Positions 10,027 through 19,382 of a DNA stretch of 64,000 bases are shown one piece after another. Both the position numbers and the translations under genes were made by a program. This DNA comes from a virus (taxonomy: Duplodnaviria; Caudoviricetes): positions 1-64,000 of the IMG/VR virus record IMGVR_UViG_3300012983_000038. One strand, written 5' to 3'. The notes below the pieces were generated by a model. That model was not told where the DNA came from, ran no database searches, and was given only the letters and a program-made list of their open reading frames with translations. Every line of letters begins with the position of its first letter. Within the stretch, counting starts at the first letter, position 1.

Positions 10027-10691
10027 TGAATAATATTAATATAGTAATAATAGGACAAAATGAGGGAGGTAGTATAGAATCTATGCTATCTTCTTTATCT
10101 AAGTATAATTATCGTAGAGTTTGGGTTCTTGATAGATGCACTGATAATTCTGAGGAAATTTTAAAAAGTGCGAAGGAGTTTTACGTTACTACACCCAATC
10201 ATTTAGTAGGCAGACAGACTTCATTTGCAAGGAATTTAGGAGTTAGCTATTGTGATAAAGATTCTGATATTATATTTTTAGATGGAGATAGATTTATAGT
10301 AGAAGGTGATTTATCATTAGTTGCATCTAGTTTTCATAAGGATGCTACTTACTTTATGTTGGAGAAAGATGTTAGGACTGAGGAAATTTTTAAAGAGTCT
10401 TACGGAGGGATTTATAATAAATGTTATTCATGTGGGTTGTATCTAAAGAGGCAAGTCATAGATAAGTTATTAGAAGTTTACGGTGAGATATTTCCAGAAG
10501 AGTTACAGATGCATTGGGGGATAGAGGATACTGGGTTAGGTGATCGTTTATTTTACAATGGATTTTCGGCAGAGCTAACATCATTAATTAAGCTAAGAGG
10601 CCAACTTAGTAAATTAGAGTTAGATGATATTACTCACCTGATACCTAGATTAAAATTCAGGGAGGAGTTAATAAAAACAAATAATAAATAA
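10026..10691 (+). CDS. glycosyltransferase family 2 (GT-A fold)
   Basis: IVIIGQNE, VLDRCTDNS, ARNLG, FLDGD (DxD) and WGIED motifs. Confidence 0.9.
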   Translation: MNNINIVIIGQNEGGSIESMLSSLSKYNYRRVWVLDRCTDNSEEILKSAKEFYVTTPNHLVGRQTSFARNLGVSYCDKDSDIIFLDGDRFIVEGDLSLVASSFHKDATYFMLEKDVRTEEIFKESYGGIYNKCYSCGLYLKRQVIDKLLEVYGEIFPEELQMHWGIEDTGLGDRLFYNGFSAELTSLIKLRGQLSKLELDDITHLIPRLKFREELIKTNNK

Positions 10692-10697
10692 AGGACT

Positions 10698-10805
10698 ATG
10701 GGAGATTTAAAAGAAAAAACATTTACAGAGGGGAAAGAAAATTCTCAAGAGCAAGACAGTAAAGATAAGTCTGTATACAATCCATTAAAGGAGAGTAGTA
10801 AATAA
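10698..10805 (+). CDS. small ORF (35 aa, MGDLKEKTFTEG...)
   Basis: AAGGA upstream of ATG; carries KTFT, matching the head-protein motif; absent from the ORF track because of size. Confidence 0.4.
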   Translation: MGDLKEKTFTEGKENSQEQDSKDKSVYNPLKESSK

Positions 10806-10814
10806 AGTAATAAA

Positions 10815-10869
10815 GCCTACAAGAATACTGAAACAAGGTATTACGATTCGATTCACTTGTAGGCACTAA
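10815..10869 (+). ncRNA. 50-nt structured RNA motif, copy 1 (three-way junction with UUCGAU loop) plus ACUAA tail
   Basis: GCCUACAAG/CUUGUAGGC stem; covaries with the copies at 18805, 19885 and 57897. Confidence 0.8.
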
Positions 10870-10885
10870 TTTGGGGTGATATAAT

Positions 10886-12769
10886 ATGGGAGGAGAGTTT
10901 AGTTTTATAAGTCAAGAGGATCCTACGCGAGATATTAGTAGTGAGTTAGACAGTGTAAGTTTAGAGAAGCAGTACACACAATTAACTGAGCGGGAGAAGT
11001 TATTAATATTTTGCAAGCTTAAGGGATATAGTATGATACCTCCGTCGATAGAGAGGATGTACAGTGATGAGTTTTATTTAGGGGGCGAGGAGTTTTTCAA
11101 TGGAGGACGTACTTTATTTGATTATTGGAAGAAAGCGTTACCGAAGATATATCCGAGCGAGGTATTAACAGCCAAGCCCTATTTAATATTATCGGGGGCC
11201 ATAGGAATAGGAAAGTCAACAATATCCCGTTTATGTCTGGCTGAAACATACGCTCGCTTATTATGCATGAAGAATCCGAGTGTTACGTTAGGCTTGACAC
11301 CGAAACCCTTAAGTGCTGTAATAATGCATAGGTCGGAGGAGACGGCAGATGTAGAGTTTAGGAGATGGTTTAAGTATGATGTATTAGAGAAGTCGCCATT
11401 TTTCCGGACCACTACTAATGACAATATGAAGTTTAAGGTAATAACGTCAGGTCCGAGGGGTAGTGCGGGATTAGGAAGTGATGTTATATTTTATTTGATA
11501 GGTGAGGTAAATTTCTGGGATAATCAAGAAGGGGCACAGTCAAAGGTTGCGACAGCTTTAGGACGATTTACTTCTCGATTTGATAAGAAAGCGACATCAT
11601 TAGTAGGAAATTTCATAATAGACTCATCAGCAAAAGGGTCATCATCAACATCAGAGTGGTTTTTGAGTAATACTGATCCTGAATTAACTTGGAATTGCTG
11701 TCCTACTCATTGGGATGTTAGAAGCTCGTTATATGAAGATGATAAGGGTAAAACATTTCCAGTCTATTGCGGAGATGGTAAATATCCTCCTCAAATACTC
11801 CCTGATGATTATGTTTTAGGCACAGATCAAGATAAAGATAGAGTGCTAAATGTTCCTATTTCACTGAGACAAGAAGCTACTATAGATCTTCATAAAATGC
11901 TAATGGATAAGGGTGGAGTAGCTTTGGCAAATTCTGACTCTTTCTTCGGCGGTTCTATTGAGCATCTAGTTAATTGTTCTACTATTAAAAATGAAATACC
12001 TGAAATACTTACTGTGGATTTCTATGACAAGGCTGATAGATTGTGGGATAAAATTGCTCCTATGATGTCTAAAGTCCCTAAAAATACTCCAATATGGCTG
12101 GGACTCGACTTGGCTACTAAATCAGATATGGCAGGTATTAGCGCTGTAGTTTTTGAAGGCTGGAACGTAATTAATAATGTAAAAATGCCTAAAATAAAAA
12201 CTCTATTCGTTGTAGCCGTGGGAAGAAAAGATGGACAACAAACTTCTTTATACCATTTCGAAGACCTTATTTTTGAACTACATAAAAGATATAATGTGGT
12301 AATCTCAGCGGACCAGGCATTCTCAGCTCAATTATTACAAGACTGCGAAAGAGAAGGTGTCAAAACTAGATATATTTCTACTGATAACTCCCCTTGTGAA
12401 CCTGCTCTCTATCTGAAAAATATTATCAACAACGAAATGATTACTGTTCCTGATAATAAAAGATTACAACGGGAAACTTATGACCTGAGATATACTTACA
12501 CTAATACCGGAAAACTTAAAATCGATCACCCCGCTAAAGCTACCCAAAATGCTAAAGTCTTCGATATTAATAACGGTGTAGGTAGTAAAGACTGCTGGGA
12601 CTCTCTCGCTTCTGCCGTATACTCCCTGAAAATCTCTATCGATGAAGGTGATGAATACGGTTATAACGGCGGATACTTTAAACAATTACAAGCTATGGAC
12701 CGCGTTACTAAATCAGCTAGAGAAGAAAGTGGTAAGGTTATTCAAGATATGATTGAAGGAATTTTTTAA
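10886..12769 (+). CDS. terL: terminase large subunit
   Basis: Walker A SGAIGIGKST, Walker B-like YLIGEV, nuclease LGLDLA...DQ...KDCWDS; lies upstream of the portal and head genes. Confidence 0.9.
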   Translation: MGGEFSFISQEDPTRDISSELDSVSLEKQYTQLTEREKLLIFCKLKGYSMIPPSIERMYSDEFYLGGEEFFNGGRTLFDYWKKALPKIYPSEVLTAKPYLILSGAIGIGKSTISRLCLAETYARLLCMKNPSVTLGLTPKPLSAVIMHRSEETADVEFRRWFKYDVLEKSPFFRTTTNDNMKFKVITSGPRGSAGLGSDVIFYLIGEVNFWDNQEGAQSKVATALGRFTSRFDKKATSLVGNFIIDSSAKGSSSTSEWFLSNTDPELTWNCCPTHWDVRSSLYEDDKGKTFPVYCGDGKYPPQILPDDYVLGTDQDKDRVLNVPISLRQEATIDLHKMLMDKGGVALANSDSFFGGSIEHLVNCSTIKNEIPEILTVDFYDKADRLWDKIAPMMSKVPKNTPIWLGLDLATKSDMAGISAVVFEGWNVINNVKMPKIKTLFVVAVGRKDGQQTSLYHFEDLIFELHKRYNVVISADQAFSAQLLQDCEREGVKTRYISTDNSPCEPALYLKNIINNEMITVPDNKRLQRETYDLRYTYTNTGKLKIDHPAKATQNAKVFDINNGVGSKDCWDSLASAVYSLKISIDEGDEYGYNGGYFKQLQAMDRVTKSAREESGKVIQDMIEGIF

Positions 12770-12784
12770 TAAAGACGTGAAGAA

Positions 12785-12931
12785 ATGATTATAAAAAGGA
12801 AAAAAGTTGTTAAAGTTAGCAAAGATGGTAAATCAGCTAGCAAAAGTAAGGCTGTCGTGAAAAAAGGACCTGGATTCTCTTCTTCTAGCTTCCAATCTAC
12901 TTTTGTTAGTGATAGTAATGGCCTGTTTTAA
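12785..12931 (+). CDS. small basic protein (48 aa, MIIKRKKVV...)
   Basis: ORF fills the gap between terL and 12944; MII-basic start like the neighbouring cargo genes. Confidence 0.5.
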   Translation: MIIKRKKVVKVSKDGKSASKSKAVVKKGPGFSSSSFQSTFVSDSNGLF

Positions 12932-12943
12932 AATTTAGGAAGG

Positions 12944-14095
12944 ATGATAGTTTTAAGGCAAAAAGAATATACTAGGGCTGAAAAAGAAGCAATGTTTCAA
13001 CTAATGAGGTTGACTAAGGGGTTTAAGTCATTACCTGAGTCATTAAATACTGTTGAAAATGCTACTAGATTTAAAAAGTTTTCAAATAGACTGGCAGAGT
13101 TTGCTAGAAAACCGTACCGTAAGATTAGTGCAAAGGATCTTAAGGAAATGAAGGGCTTTTTAAATGATATTGGAGCTGATAAGTTTGCTGATAATTTTGA
13201 ACCTATTATTAATAAGTACTATGGAAATAATAATATAGAGGCTTGGAAGAGACTGAGGCTTAGAGAAGAAAAGCTTCCAGCTAAAGCAATTGAGAATAGA
13301 AAAAATAGATTAACTAATAGGTCTGCTGATATTAAAAATTCTCTAGCAGAAGCAGACTCAGTCGCCAACAATTTTAAGTCAACTAAAGGTAAAAGTAGTA
13401 AGGAGATTTTTAGCAGTCCTGAAGGAAAGTTGATGAAGAATATTATAAAAGGAGAAACAGGCGGCATTAATCAACCAAGTATTCATTTTAATAAAGTTAA
13501 GGGTCGAAACAAATTATCTGATAAACTTACTAATGTCGCTATCAAAAGCGGCAGCGCTGGAGATTATCCAGAAAAATTAGTAAAAAAGCAAATAAAAAAG
13601 GACTTACGAGGAGGTAAAGATTTTTTTGCAGGAGATGGTCATGGCTATGTTTTTTTAAGTCATGCTAATCCGTCAATTCTTTCACATGAATTAGGGCACG
13701 GTAAGTCTTTTGCTAATTCAATTGCGGCAGGCACTCCTTTTAAGGTAGCGGTAGGTTCGCCTAAAAAACTTAGATCACATTTAGAAAAATCGGTGTCAAA
13801 AAGAGCTAGGGCGATATATGGACGTTTAGATAATTTATCAACTATTGCAGAAGAAAATATGGCCAATGTATACGGACGGGACATTATTAGAAAATATGGT
13901 GGAAAGAATGTAAATAAGCATTTAGCTGACTATGAAAAACTTGTAGATAATATTAATATGAAATCTTATTTGAGTGGAGCTAGACTCAATGATGTTAGAG
14001 AAAATGCTAGCATATTAAACAATATTAGAAGAAGAAGAGGAATGGTACAGCCTACTAATAGAAGACGGAAGGCAGTGACAGATTTAGAGAATTAG
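12944..14095 (+). CDS. basic putative head-cargo protein with HExxH zinc-metalloprotease motif
   Basis: N-terminal MIVLRQKEYT; SILSHELGH followed by EENMAN (gluzincin-like third ligand). Confidence 0.7.
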   Translation: MIVLRQKEYTRAEKEAMFQLMRLTKGFKSLPESLNTVENATRFKKFSNRLAEFARKPYRKISAKDLKEMKGFLNDIGADKFADNFEPIINKYYGNNNIEAWKRLRLREEKLPAKAIENRKNRLTNRSADIKNSLAEADSVANNFKSTKGKSSKEIFSSPEGKLMKNIIKGETGGINQPSIHFNKVKGRNKLSDKLTNVAIKSGSAGDYPEKLVKKQIKKDLRGGKDFFAGDGHGYVFLSHANPSILSHELGHGKSFANSIAAGTPFKVAVGSPKKLRSHLEKSVSKRARAIYGRLDNLSTIAEENMANVYGRDIIRKYGGKNVNKHLADYEKLVDNINMKSYLSGARLNDVRENASILNNIRRRRGMVQPTNRRRKAVTDLEN

Positions 14096-14105
14096 TCAAG
14101 TATTT

Positions 14106-14236
14106 TAAATATTTCTCCCTTTTTATAGAACAAAAATCATAGGGGGGGGGGAAATATTGATAATTAACAATACCCTCTATGATAATTAATAGATATGATA
14201 TTGGGATACGATTTCATTGAGGAAAGATTGTTTGCT
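14106..14236 (+). repeat. cassette leader repeat A (palindromic leader, G10, MILGYDFIEERLF coding start)
   Basis: Near-identical to 17245-17376, 18883-19013 and 19516-19639. Confidence 0.95.
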
Positions 14237-14598
14237 GCTATACAAAAAGTTGGGAAGACTGTTACAAATCCAGCAACTAAGGCAGCGCTGAAAAAAGCAA
14301 AAGCCACAAATACAAACAGTTTTCAGCAACCTTCTTGGTTTGGAGAAGCGATAAAGGATATGAAAAAAGGAGGAATTGATGGGAGGAAATATAAGGATGT
14401 AGGAATTTTTCCGCTGTAAGTAAGGTAGAGGCAATGGCACAATTTCGTAAGAGACTTAAAAAGGGTCCAGTAAAGGATGTAGGAATATTTTCAAAGCCAA
14501 AGCACGACCCAGATGTTAATTTGTTAATGTATGAGAATTATATCGGAGCGGATCCAGTAGTTACAAAAACAAAGAAATTGATCGGGCCACTGTACTAA
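14195..14598 (+). pseudogene. cassette A cargo gene split by a 1-nt frameshift (14195..14419 and 14434..14598)
   Basis: Adding one T in ATTTTTCC (~14405-14412) gives the continuous reading KDVGIFSAVSKVEAMAQFRK...KDVGIFSK...GPLY*. Confidence 0.55.
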
Positions 14599-14666
14599 TT
14601 AATAAAAAAATGTATCATGGCCTCATAAATGGCTACTAGTTTTGTACAGTAGTATAAAAATTAGCT

Positions 14667-14804
14667 TTAAATGCAGCAATAAATATTCTCAATGAAGGTT
14701 TGAGAATAAAAACCGTAGGAACTACGGAGATAGCCTAGGTAAACTTGTATCATTAGATATATTGACTAGGAAGCCCGCCGAGCTAAAGCTCGTGGGTAGT
14801 TCAC
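14667..14804 (+). mobile_element. orphan tnpB 3' end / omegaRNA / IS right end (different family from the 1890 tnpB)
   Basis: Encodes LNAAINILNEGLRIKTVGTTEIA* (a typical TnpB C-terminus), then GAAGCCC-hairpin-GGGTAGTTCAC. Confidence 0.85.
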
Positions 14805-14839
14805 AAGTACAGAGTTTTTAAATTAAAAATATTTTTGTC

Positions 14840-16606
14840 ATGAAGAAAAGTAATTTAATTGAGAAGTTGTTCGGGTCATTTGCGCCTGGAGCATCTAGAG
14901 TTCCTTTAAGGAGTAACATAGTTAGGGGGTCTGGTGGAGGATATAAGCCGATAGGAGGTTCTGCCAGTTCTAGAGCTTTTGGTATGGATAAAAAGTCTCC
15001 GCTATTAGGTAACTCATCTCCATCTACTTTAATTAGTGGTTACTATGAGAGAGTAGCAGAACTTAAAGGGTATCAACTACTGGACATTTCTAAATTAGCA
15101 ACTAACTTTTTTTCAGACTATGTACAGAACTTTTTGACAGATGCTAGTAATGGTAATTTAGTTAGTATTATGGATGAAGATTCTAACTCTATCAATGAGC
15201 AGGTAACTGATAGATTGAATAATATATTAACTAAAGATCTAAACATAGTTAATTTTATAAAGAATCATTTGAACGACTATATCTATTTTGGAGAGTATTT
15301 TGGAATGATCTCTACTAGTCTAGATGAATTAGGTCACCTAAAATTCAGGATAGAGGAAATAAATGATCCAGTATCTGTAATAACTAAGAAAATTAGGTCA
15401 AAAAGTACTGGCAAGATGGAAGAGATTTATTTGGCAAAAGGGAATGAGGGAGGTATTTATGAAATTCCTAAAAATAGCGTTGTTTTTATATCTACTTCAA
15501 ACTTAAGACTAGTAAATGATCTGTCAGAAGATGATAGAGATAATTATAATACTAGTACTGGCAGTGGAAGTACTAAGGCAAATAAGGATGCTTCTAAGTT
15601 AAATGATATCTTCTCTAAAAATACTAATAATAAAATAGTAAAAATACAAGAAGAGGATCCAGATAGCAATAGAAGTAAGGTTTTGAAAGATGATGCTTAT
15701 ATTGCCTCAGAACCACTACTATATTCTCTAATATTGAAAGTAAAGGAGTTAGTTATTAAAGAGCTGTTGGTTTCTCTTCTTTCACTAAGAGATCTATCAA
15801 GTGTTCAATTATTTTTACTACAATTTGATAAATCTGTTCCATTAGAGACTGCCAATAATATCTGTGCTAAGGCTACTAAGCTTGCGAATAATACTAATGA
15901 ACTTGCATCCTTTTTAACAGCACAGTTTGATGCAATTTCTTTTATAGAAAATGCACTAACTCAGCCTGCAAAGTTTATACCTGACTATAACTCTTCTTTG
16001 GCTGCTAAAAATGCAATGTTGCCGTTAGATAAGTTGTCAGAGAAAATGATTGAGATTATGCAGATGTTAGATCATTGTAAGGCAAGCGTTTTAGGACCTC
16101 TAGGACTTCCATCTACTCTTATAGATTCTACATCTGGCAGTAAGTGGCAAGTTTTACAACAATCAGAGAGAGCTAATTCACGTGTAACTTTCTATATTAA
16201 TGGTATTAAGGAGTCAGTTACTAAATTAGTTTGTAATATTTATGAGATAATTTATAAGGAAGAGTTGGATCCTTCGAGAGTTACGCTGCATATCTGTGAA
16301 AAGACTTCAGTAGAATATAATAATCAGATAAATCAATCTGAGTCTATAAATGGAATGTTGACTAGTATTTCTCAGATGTTACAAAATAGTTTACAGATGT
16401 TAGAGGCATCAGCTCCTCTAATTAATCCAGAGGCATTTTTATCCTATTTGCAAAAATTAATTAAGGATATAGATCCAGATGCAGATTCTTTGATTAATGA
16501 AGAAACTACTACTATGTACATTAATTACTTGAAGGCTAAGGTTGGTGCTGGAATGGAACAAATGGGAGTAGATCCTAATACGATTTTTGGAGGAGAACAA
16601 CAATAA
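14840..16606 (+). CDS. portal protein (T4 gp20-like)
   Basis: Size (588 aa), position after terL and before the protease, helical; YIYFGEYF and LGLPSTL segments resemble portal motifs. Confidence 0.7.
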   Translation: MKKSNLIEKLFGSFAPGASRVPLRSNIVRGSGGGYKPIGGSASSRAFGMDKKSPLLGNSSPSTLISGYYERVAELKGYQLLDISKLATNFFSDYVQNFLTDASNGNLVSIMDEDSNSINEQVTDRLNNILTKDLNIVNFIKNHLNDYIYFGEYFGMISTSLDELGHLKFRIEEINDPVSVITKKIRSKSTGKMEEIYLAKGNEGGIYEIPKNSVVFISTSNLRLVNDLSEDDRDNYNTSTGSGSTKANKDASKLNDIFSKNTNNKIVKIQEEDPDSNRSKVLKDDAYIASEPLLYSLILKVKELVIKELLVSLLSLRDLSSVQLFLLQFDKSVPLETANNICAKATKLANNTNELASFLTAQFDAISFIENALTQPAKFIPDYNSSLAAKNAMLPLDKLSEKMIEIMQMLDHCKASVLGPLGLPSTLIDSTSGSKWQVLQQSERANSRVTFYINGIKESVTKLVCNIYEIIYKEELDPSRVTLHICEKTSVEYNNQINQSESINGMLTSISQMLQNSLQMLEASAPLINPEAFLSYLQKLIKDIDPDADSLINEETTTMYINYLKAKVGAGMEQMGVDPNTIFGGEQQ

Positions 16607-16619
16607 GAGGTGATAATTT

Positions 16620-16937
16620 ATGGAAAACAAAGAAAATAAGAAACTCACTAAAGAGGAGAAGTTACAAAAGTTGGAAGAGGAGTTAGAGCTATTATCTAAA
16701 GGGAAAGTAACTGGTGCAGCATTGGCAGGGCTTGGAGGAGCGCTGTTAGGTGGAGGATATACTGCTGATTATTTAAATAGAACTCCAGGTCCTCGTCCAA
16801 GTAATCCTAATACCGCAAGAAACCTTAAAATTGCAGGAGCAATATCTATCCCTACTGGTGCAGCTTTAGTAGCTTATTCTTCCTATAAAAAGAAAAAACT
16901 GAAAGGAAGAAATGATAATAATAAGGAAGTGGACTAG
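16620..16937 (+). CDS. small membrane protein with glycine zipper
   Basis: GAALAGLGGALLGGG plus a second hydrophobic helix followed by a KKKK stretch. Confidence 0.75.
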   Translation: MENKENKKLTKEEKLQKLEEELELLSKGKVTGAALAGLGGALLGGGYTADYLNRTPGPRPSNPNTARNLKIAGAISIPTGAALVAYSSYKKKKLKGRNDNNKEVD

Positions 16938-17247
16938 GCTTTTTTCTTCAAGTGGAGATAACGTAGTAACCTCTAAAGATATTTTAATAGAGCAGATGAA
17001 GCAGCAGCGACAACTTATGCAGACAATTAGGCTTAAGGATAAACTCAGGGCTGAAGAAAGAAAGGAAAGAATGAGGTCTTTACAAAAAATTCAGAAAGCA
17101 AAACAAGAGGAGGACGAGCGAATTGTAAAAAGCATTACTAAAGCTGCAGAAGAATCTACTAATAATTCCGAAGGCATTAAAGCTAGGGCAATCAGTCTTT
17201 ATAAATCAAGATCTACGCCAGTGCCACCTGTGTCTATGAGTAATTAA
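16912..17247 (+). CDS. putative head-cargo coiled-coil protein
   Basis: N-terminal MIIIRKWTRLFS motif. Confidence 0.75.
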   Translation: MIIIRKWTRLFSSSGDNVVTSKDILIEQMKQQRQLMQTIRLKDKLRAEERKERMRSLQKIQKAKQEEDERIVKSITKAAEESTNNSEGIKARAISLYKSRSTPVPPVSMSN

Positions 17248-17376
17248 ATATTTCTCCCTTTTTATAGAAAACAAAAATCATAGGGGGGGGGGAAATATTG
17301 ATAATTAACAATACCCTCTATGATAATTAATAGATATGATACTAGGATATGATTTTGTAGAAGAAAGACTATATTC
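17245..17376 (+). repeat. cassette leader repeat B (G10)
   Basis: Near-identical to repeat A. Confidence 0.95.
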
Positions 17377-17815
17377 AGATTTATTAGAAGAGGAGAAATT
17401 GTTTGCATGGGCTCAATTGGCTAAGAAGGCAGGACTTAATGAAGCTGAGAAAAGGGCAGTAGGAGCAATGAGGAAAGGCGCAGCGAATAATTTATTTAAA
17501 ACACGTCCGGGCAAAGTATATCTCGGTAATGGACTCACAGGTGCCGACGCAATTCAAATCGAAGGTTTACAAGGACGTAATAATATAGTTGCGTTAGATA
17601 TGGCAAAAGAAATGGGAAAAGCTAAAGTACCAAAGGATATTGCAAAAGGATTAAAAGAATTATATCCACGCAATCCTTCTGAAAAAGAAAAACTTGCCAA
17701 AAGATTAATTGAAGAGACGATGGGAAAGCCGTTAGATAAGATTACTAGAAAAGATTTTGTTTTGTTTAGAGACAATATTGCCTCTGGCCTTAAGAAGATT
17801 GGTAGCATGCAGTAA
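17336..17815 (+). CDS. cassette B cargo protein (MILGYDFVEERLYS...EKLFA)
   Basis: Shared N-terminus, unique basic payload. Confidence 0.85.
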   Translation: MILGYDFVEERLYSDLLEEEKLFAWAQLAKKAGLNEAEKRAVGAMRKGAANNLFKTRPGKVYLGNGLTGADAIQIEGLQGRNNIVALDMAKEMGKAKVPKDIAKGLKELYPRNPSEKEKLAKRLIEETMGKPLDKITRKDFVLFRDNIASGLKKIGSMQ

Positions 17816-17930
17816 ATAAGAAAAATAAAGAGATAAAAAGAAATAAGAATTAGAGCAACTCTCTCAAGTAAATGAAGAAAGAGAGGGAAAAGTAGCTCTA
17901 CAAACAATTTAAATTATAAGTTTTAATATT

Positions 17931-18761
17931 ATGTACATTAGAAGAAAAGTATTTTCCCTTATGGAAGATGTTAATGGAGATTTGAGATATTTTTCAACAA
18001 CCGATTATGACTATGATGATTTGTTGATGGAGCGTCTATATGCTGATCTTGAGGATGAGGATAGTGGTATTGGACGTCGTGCAGCTATTATTGGTGGTGC
18101 AGGTGTACTAGGTGCTGCAGGTGCTACAGGTATTGGAGCATATTTGAATAAAAAAGCAGCATACGATGCAGCTCTAGCAGGAAAGAAGAAGGGCGTAGAT
18201 TACCAGTTGTTGGAGCGCGACCTTAAAGATGCTGTCAAGAAACATAAAGATGCTATTTCTGGATTGAAGAAGACCAGAGTTAGCAAATATAAAGACCTTA
18301 ATAGTCTTAAGAAAATGGAAGGAGCTTATAATAATCTCGTAAGTGGAAAGGCAGATACTCTTTTAGGAGAAAAATTAACTAAGAGTGAAATAGAAAACCT
18401 TAAAAATAACGGTTTCAAAAAATTTGCTAAAGAAATCAGTGATAGATCAAGATCTGCTCAATTGATGGATCAATACGAACGCGAATTATTAGAGACAGGA
18501 AAGTCAAATAAAAAATTAGCAGCTGAGATTAAGAAGCTAGGATATCATGAATATGAGGGACTTAATGCTAATGCATTTAAGAATAAGGAAGCTGCAGAAA
18601 AAGCATTGAACAAGTTGACCAAGAAGTACGAAACTGAGGCTGCTAAGGCAGGAAGAGAAGGCATGTGGAAGTTCGGAAAGAAGGGTGCAGCAGGTATTGC
18701 GCTTGGAGGTCTAGGTCTAGCTGGTGCTGCAGCATTGGCAACTCGTCGTAGAGATGAATAA
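17931..18761 (+). CDS. putative head-cargo protein with two glycine-zipper helices
   Basis: MYIRRKVFS...RYFS...ERLYA; GGAGVLGAAGATGIG and GAAGIALGGLGLAG. Confidence 0.85.
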   Translation: MYIRRKVFSLMEDVNGDLRYFSTTDYDYDDLLMERLYADLEDEDSGIGRRAAIIGGAGVLGAAGATGIGAYLNKKAAYDAALAGKKKGVDYQLLERDLKDAVKKHKDAISGLKKTRVSKYKDLNSLKKMEGAYNNLVSGKADTLLGEKLTKSEIENLKNNGFKKFAKEISDRSRSAQLMDQYERELLETGKSNKKLAAEIKKLGYHEYEGLNANAFKNKEAAEKALNKLTKKYETEAAKAGREGMWKFGKKGAAGIALGGLGLAGAAALATRRRDE

Positions 18762-18804
18762 TCTTTACAATTAGTAGAGAAGAGCTTATAGCCTTTTATA
18801 AAAA

Positions 18805-18859
18805 ACTTACGGGAAAGTTGAAATAAGACTTTACGATTCGATTCACCCGTAAGTACTAA
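18805..18859 (+). ncRNA. 50-nt structured RNA motif, copy 2
   Basis: ACUUACGGG/CCCGUAAGU stem (compensatory changes versus copy 1), AAAGUU/GACUUU stem, UUCGAU loop, ACUAA. Confidence 0.8.
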
Positions 18860-18882
18860 TAAAATATTGACAGAAAATGCTT

Positions 18883-19013
18883 TAAATATTTCCCCTTTTT
18901 TATAAAACAAAAATCATAGGGGGGGGAAATATTGATAATTAACAATACCCTCTATGATAATTAATATAGATATGATACTAGGATACGATTTTATAGAAGA
19001 AAGACTATTTAGT
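18883..19013 (+). repeat. cassette leader repeat C (G8)
   Basis: Near-identical to repeat A. Confidence 0.95.
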
Positions 19014-19382
19014 AGTTGGGGAGTATTAAGTAAACAATTAAAGGATCCTACAGCCAGAGCATACGTAAAAAGTGTTAGGGATGAGCAAGCAAGGATATTG
19101 CGAGATAGACTAAATAGCGCACGGGAAAGCAGGCTTAAAGATGTTAAGCAAGTGTTGGAAAATCCAAGGCTGAGTAAAAAAGATAAAAAATTTATTCTTG
19201 GAAGTAAAGAAGGACTGTTTAATAGTGCAATCGATAACATATACGCAAGTGGGGCACTTAGAGATTCTATTAAAAATAACAGAAGCGCAAATAAAAATAT
19301 CTATAGAAAACAGCTAGACCTTTACAGGAAATTGGCAGATCAGGAAGCAGATAAGGCATTTAAATTAGCGAAGCTGGTTTAA
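18972..19382 (+). CDS. cassette C cargo protein (true start MILGYDFIEERLFS at 18972)
   Basis: Start set by homology to the other cassettes; the track's start at 18954 lies inside the leader repeat. Confidence 0.85.
   Translation: MILGYDFIEERLFSSWGVLSKQLKDPTARAYVKSVRDEQARILRDRLNSARESRLKDVKQVLENPRLSKKDKKFILGSKEGLFNSAIDNIYASGALRDSIKNNRSANKNIYRKQLDLYRKLADQEADKAFKLAKLV

Noticed and set aside
10815-10864. 50-nt motif as a true tRNA or a hammerhead ribozyme
   Set aside because: It is too short and has no anticodon arm or cloverleaf; it lacks the CUGANGA/GAAA hammerhead core arrangement
10026-10886. Small terminase subunit next to terL
   Set aside because: No ORF of suitable size or character is present, so none is assigned
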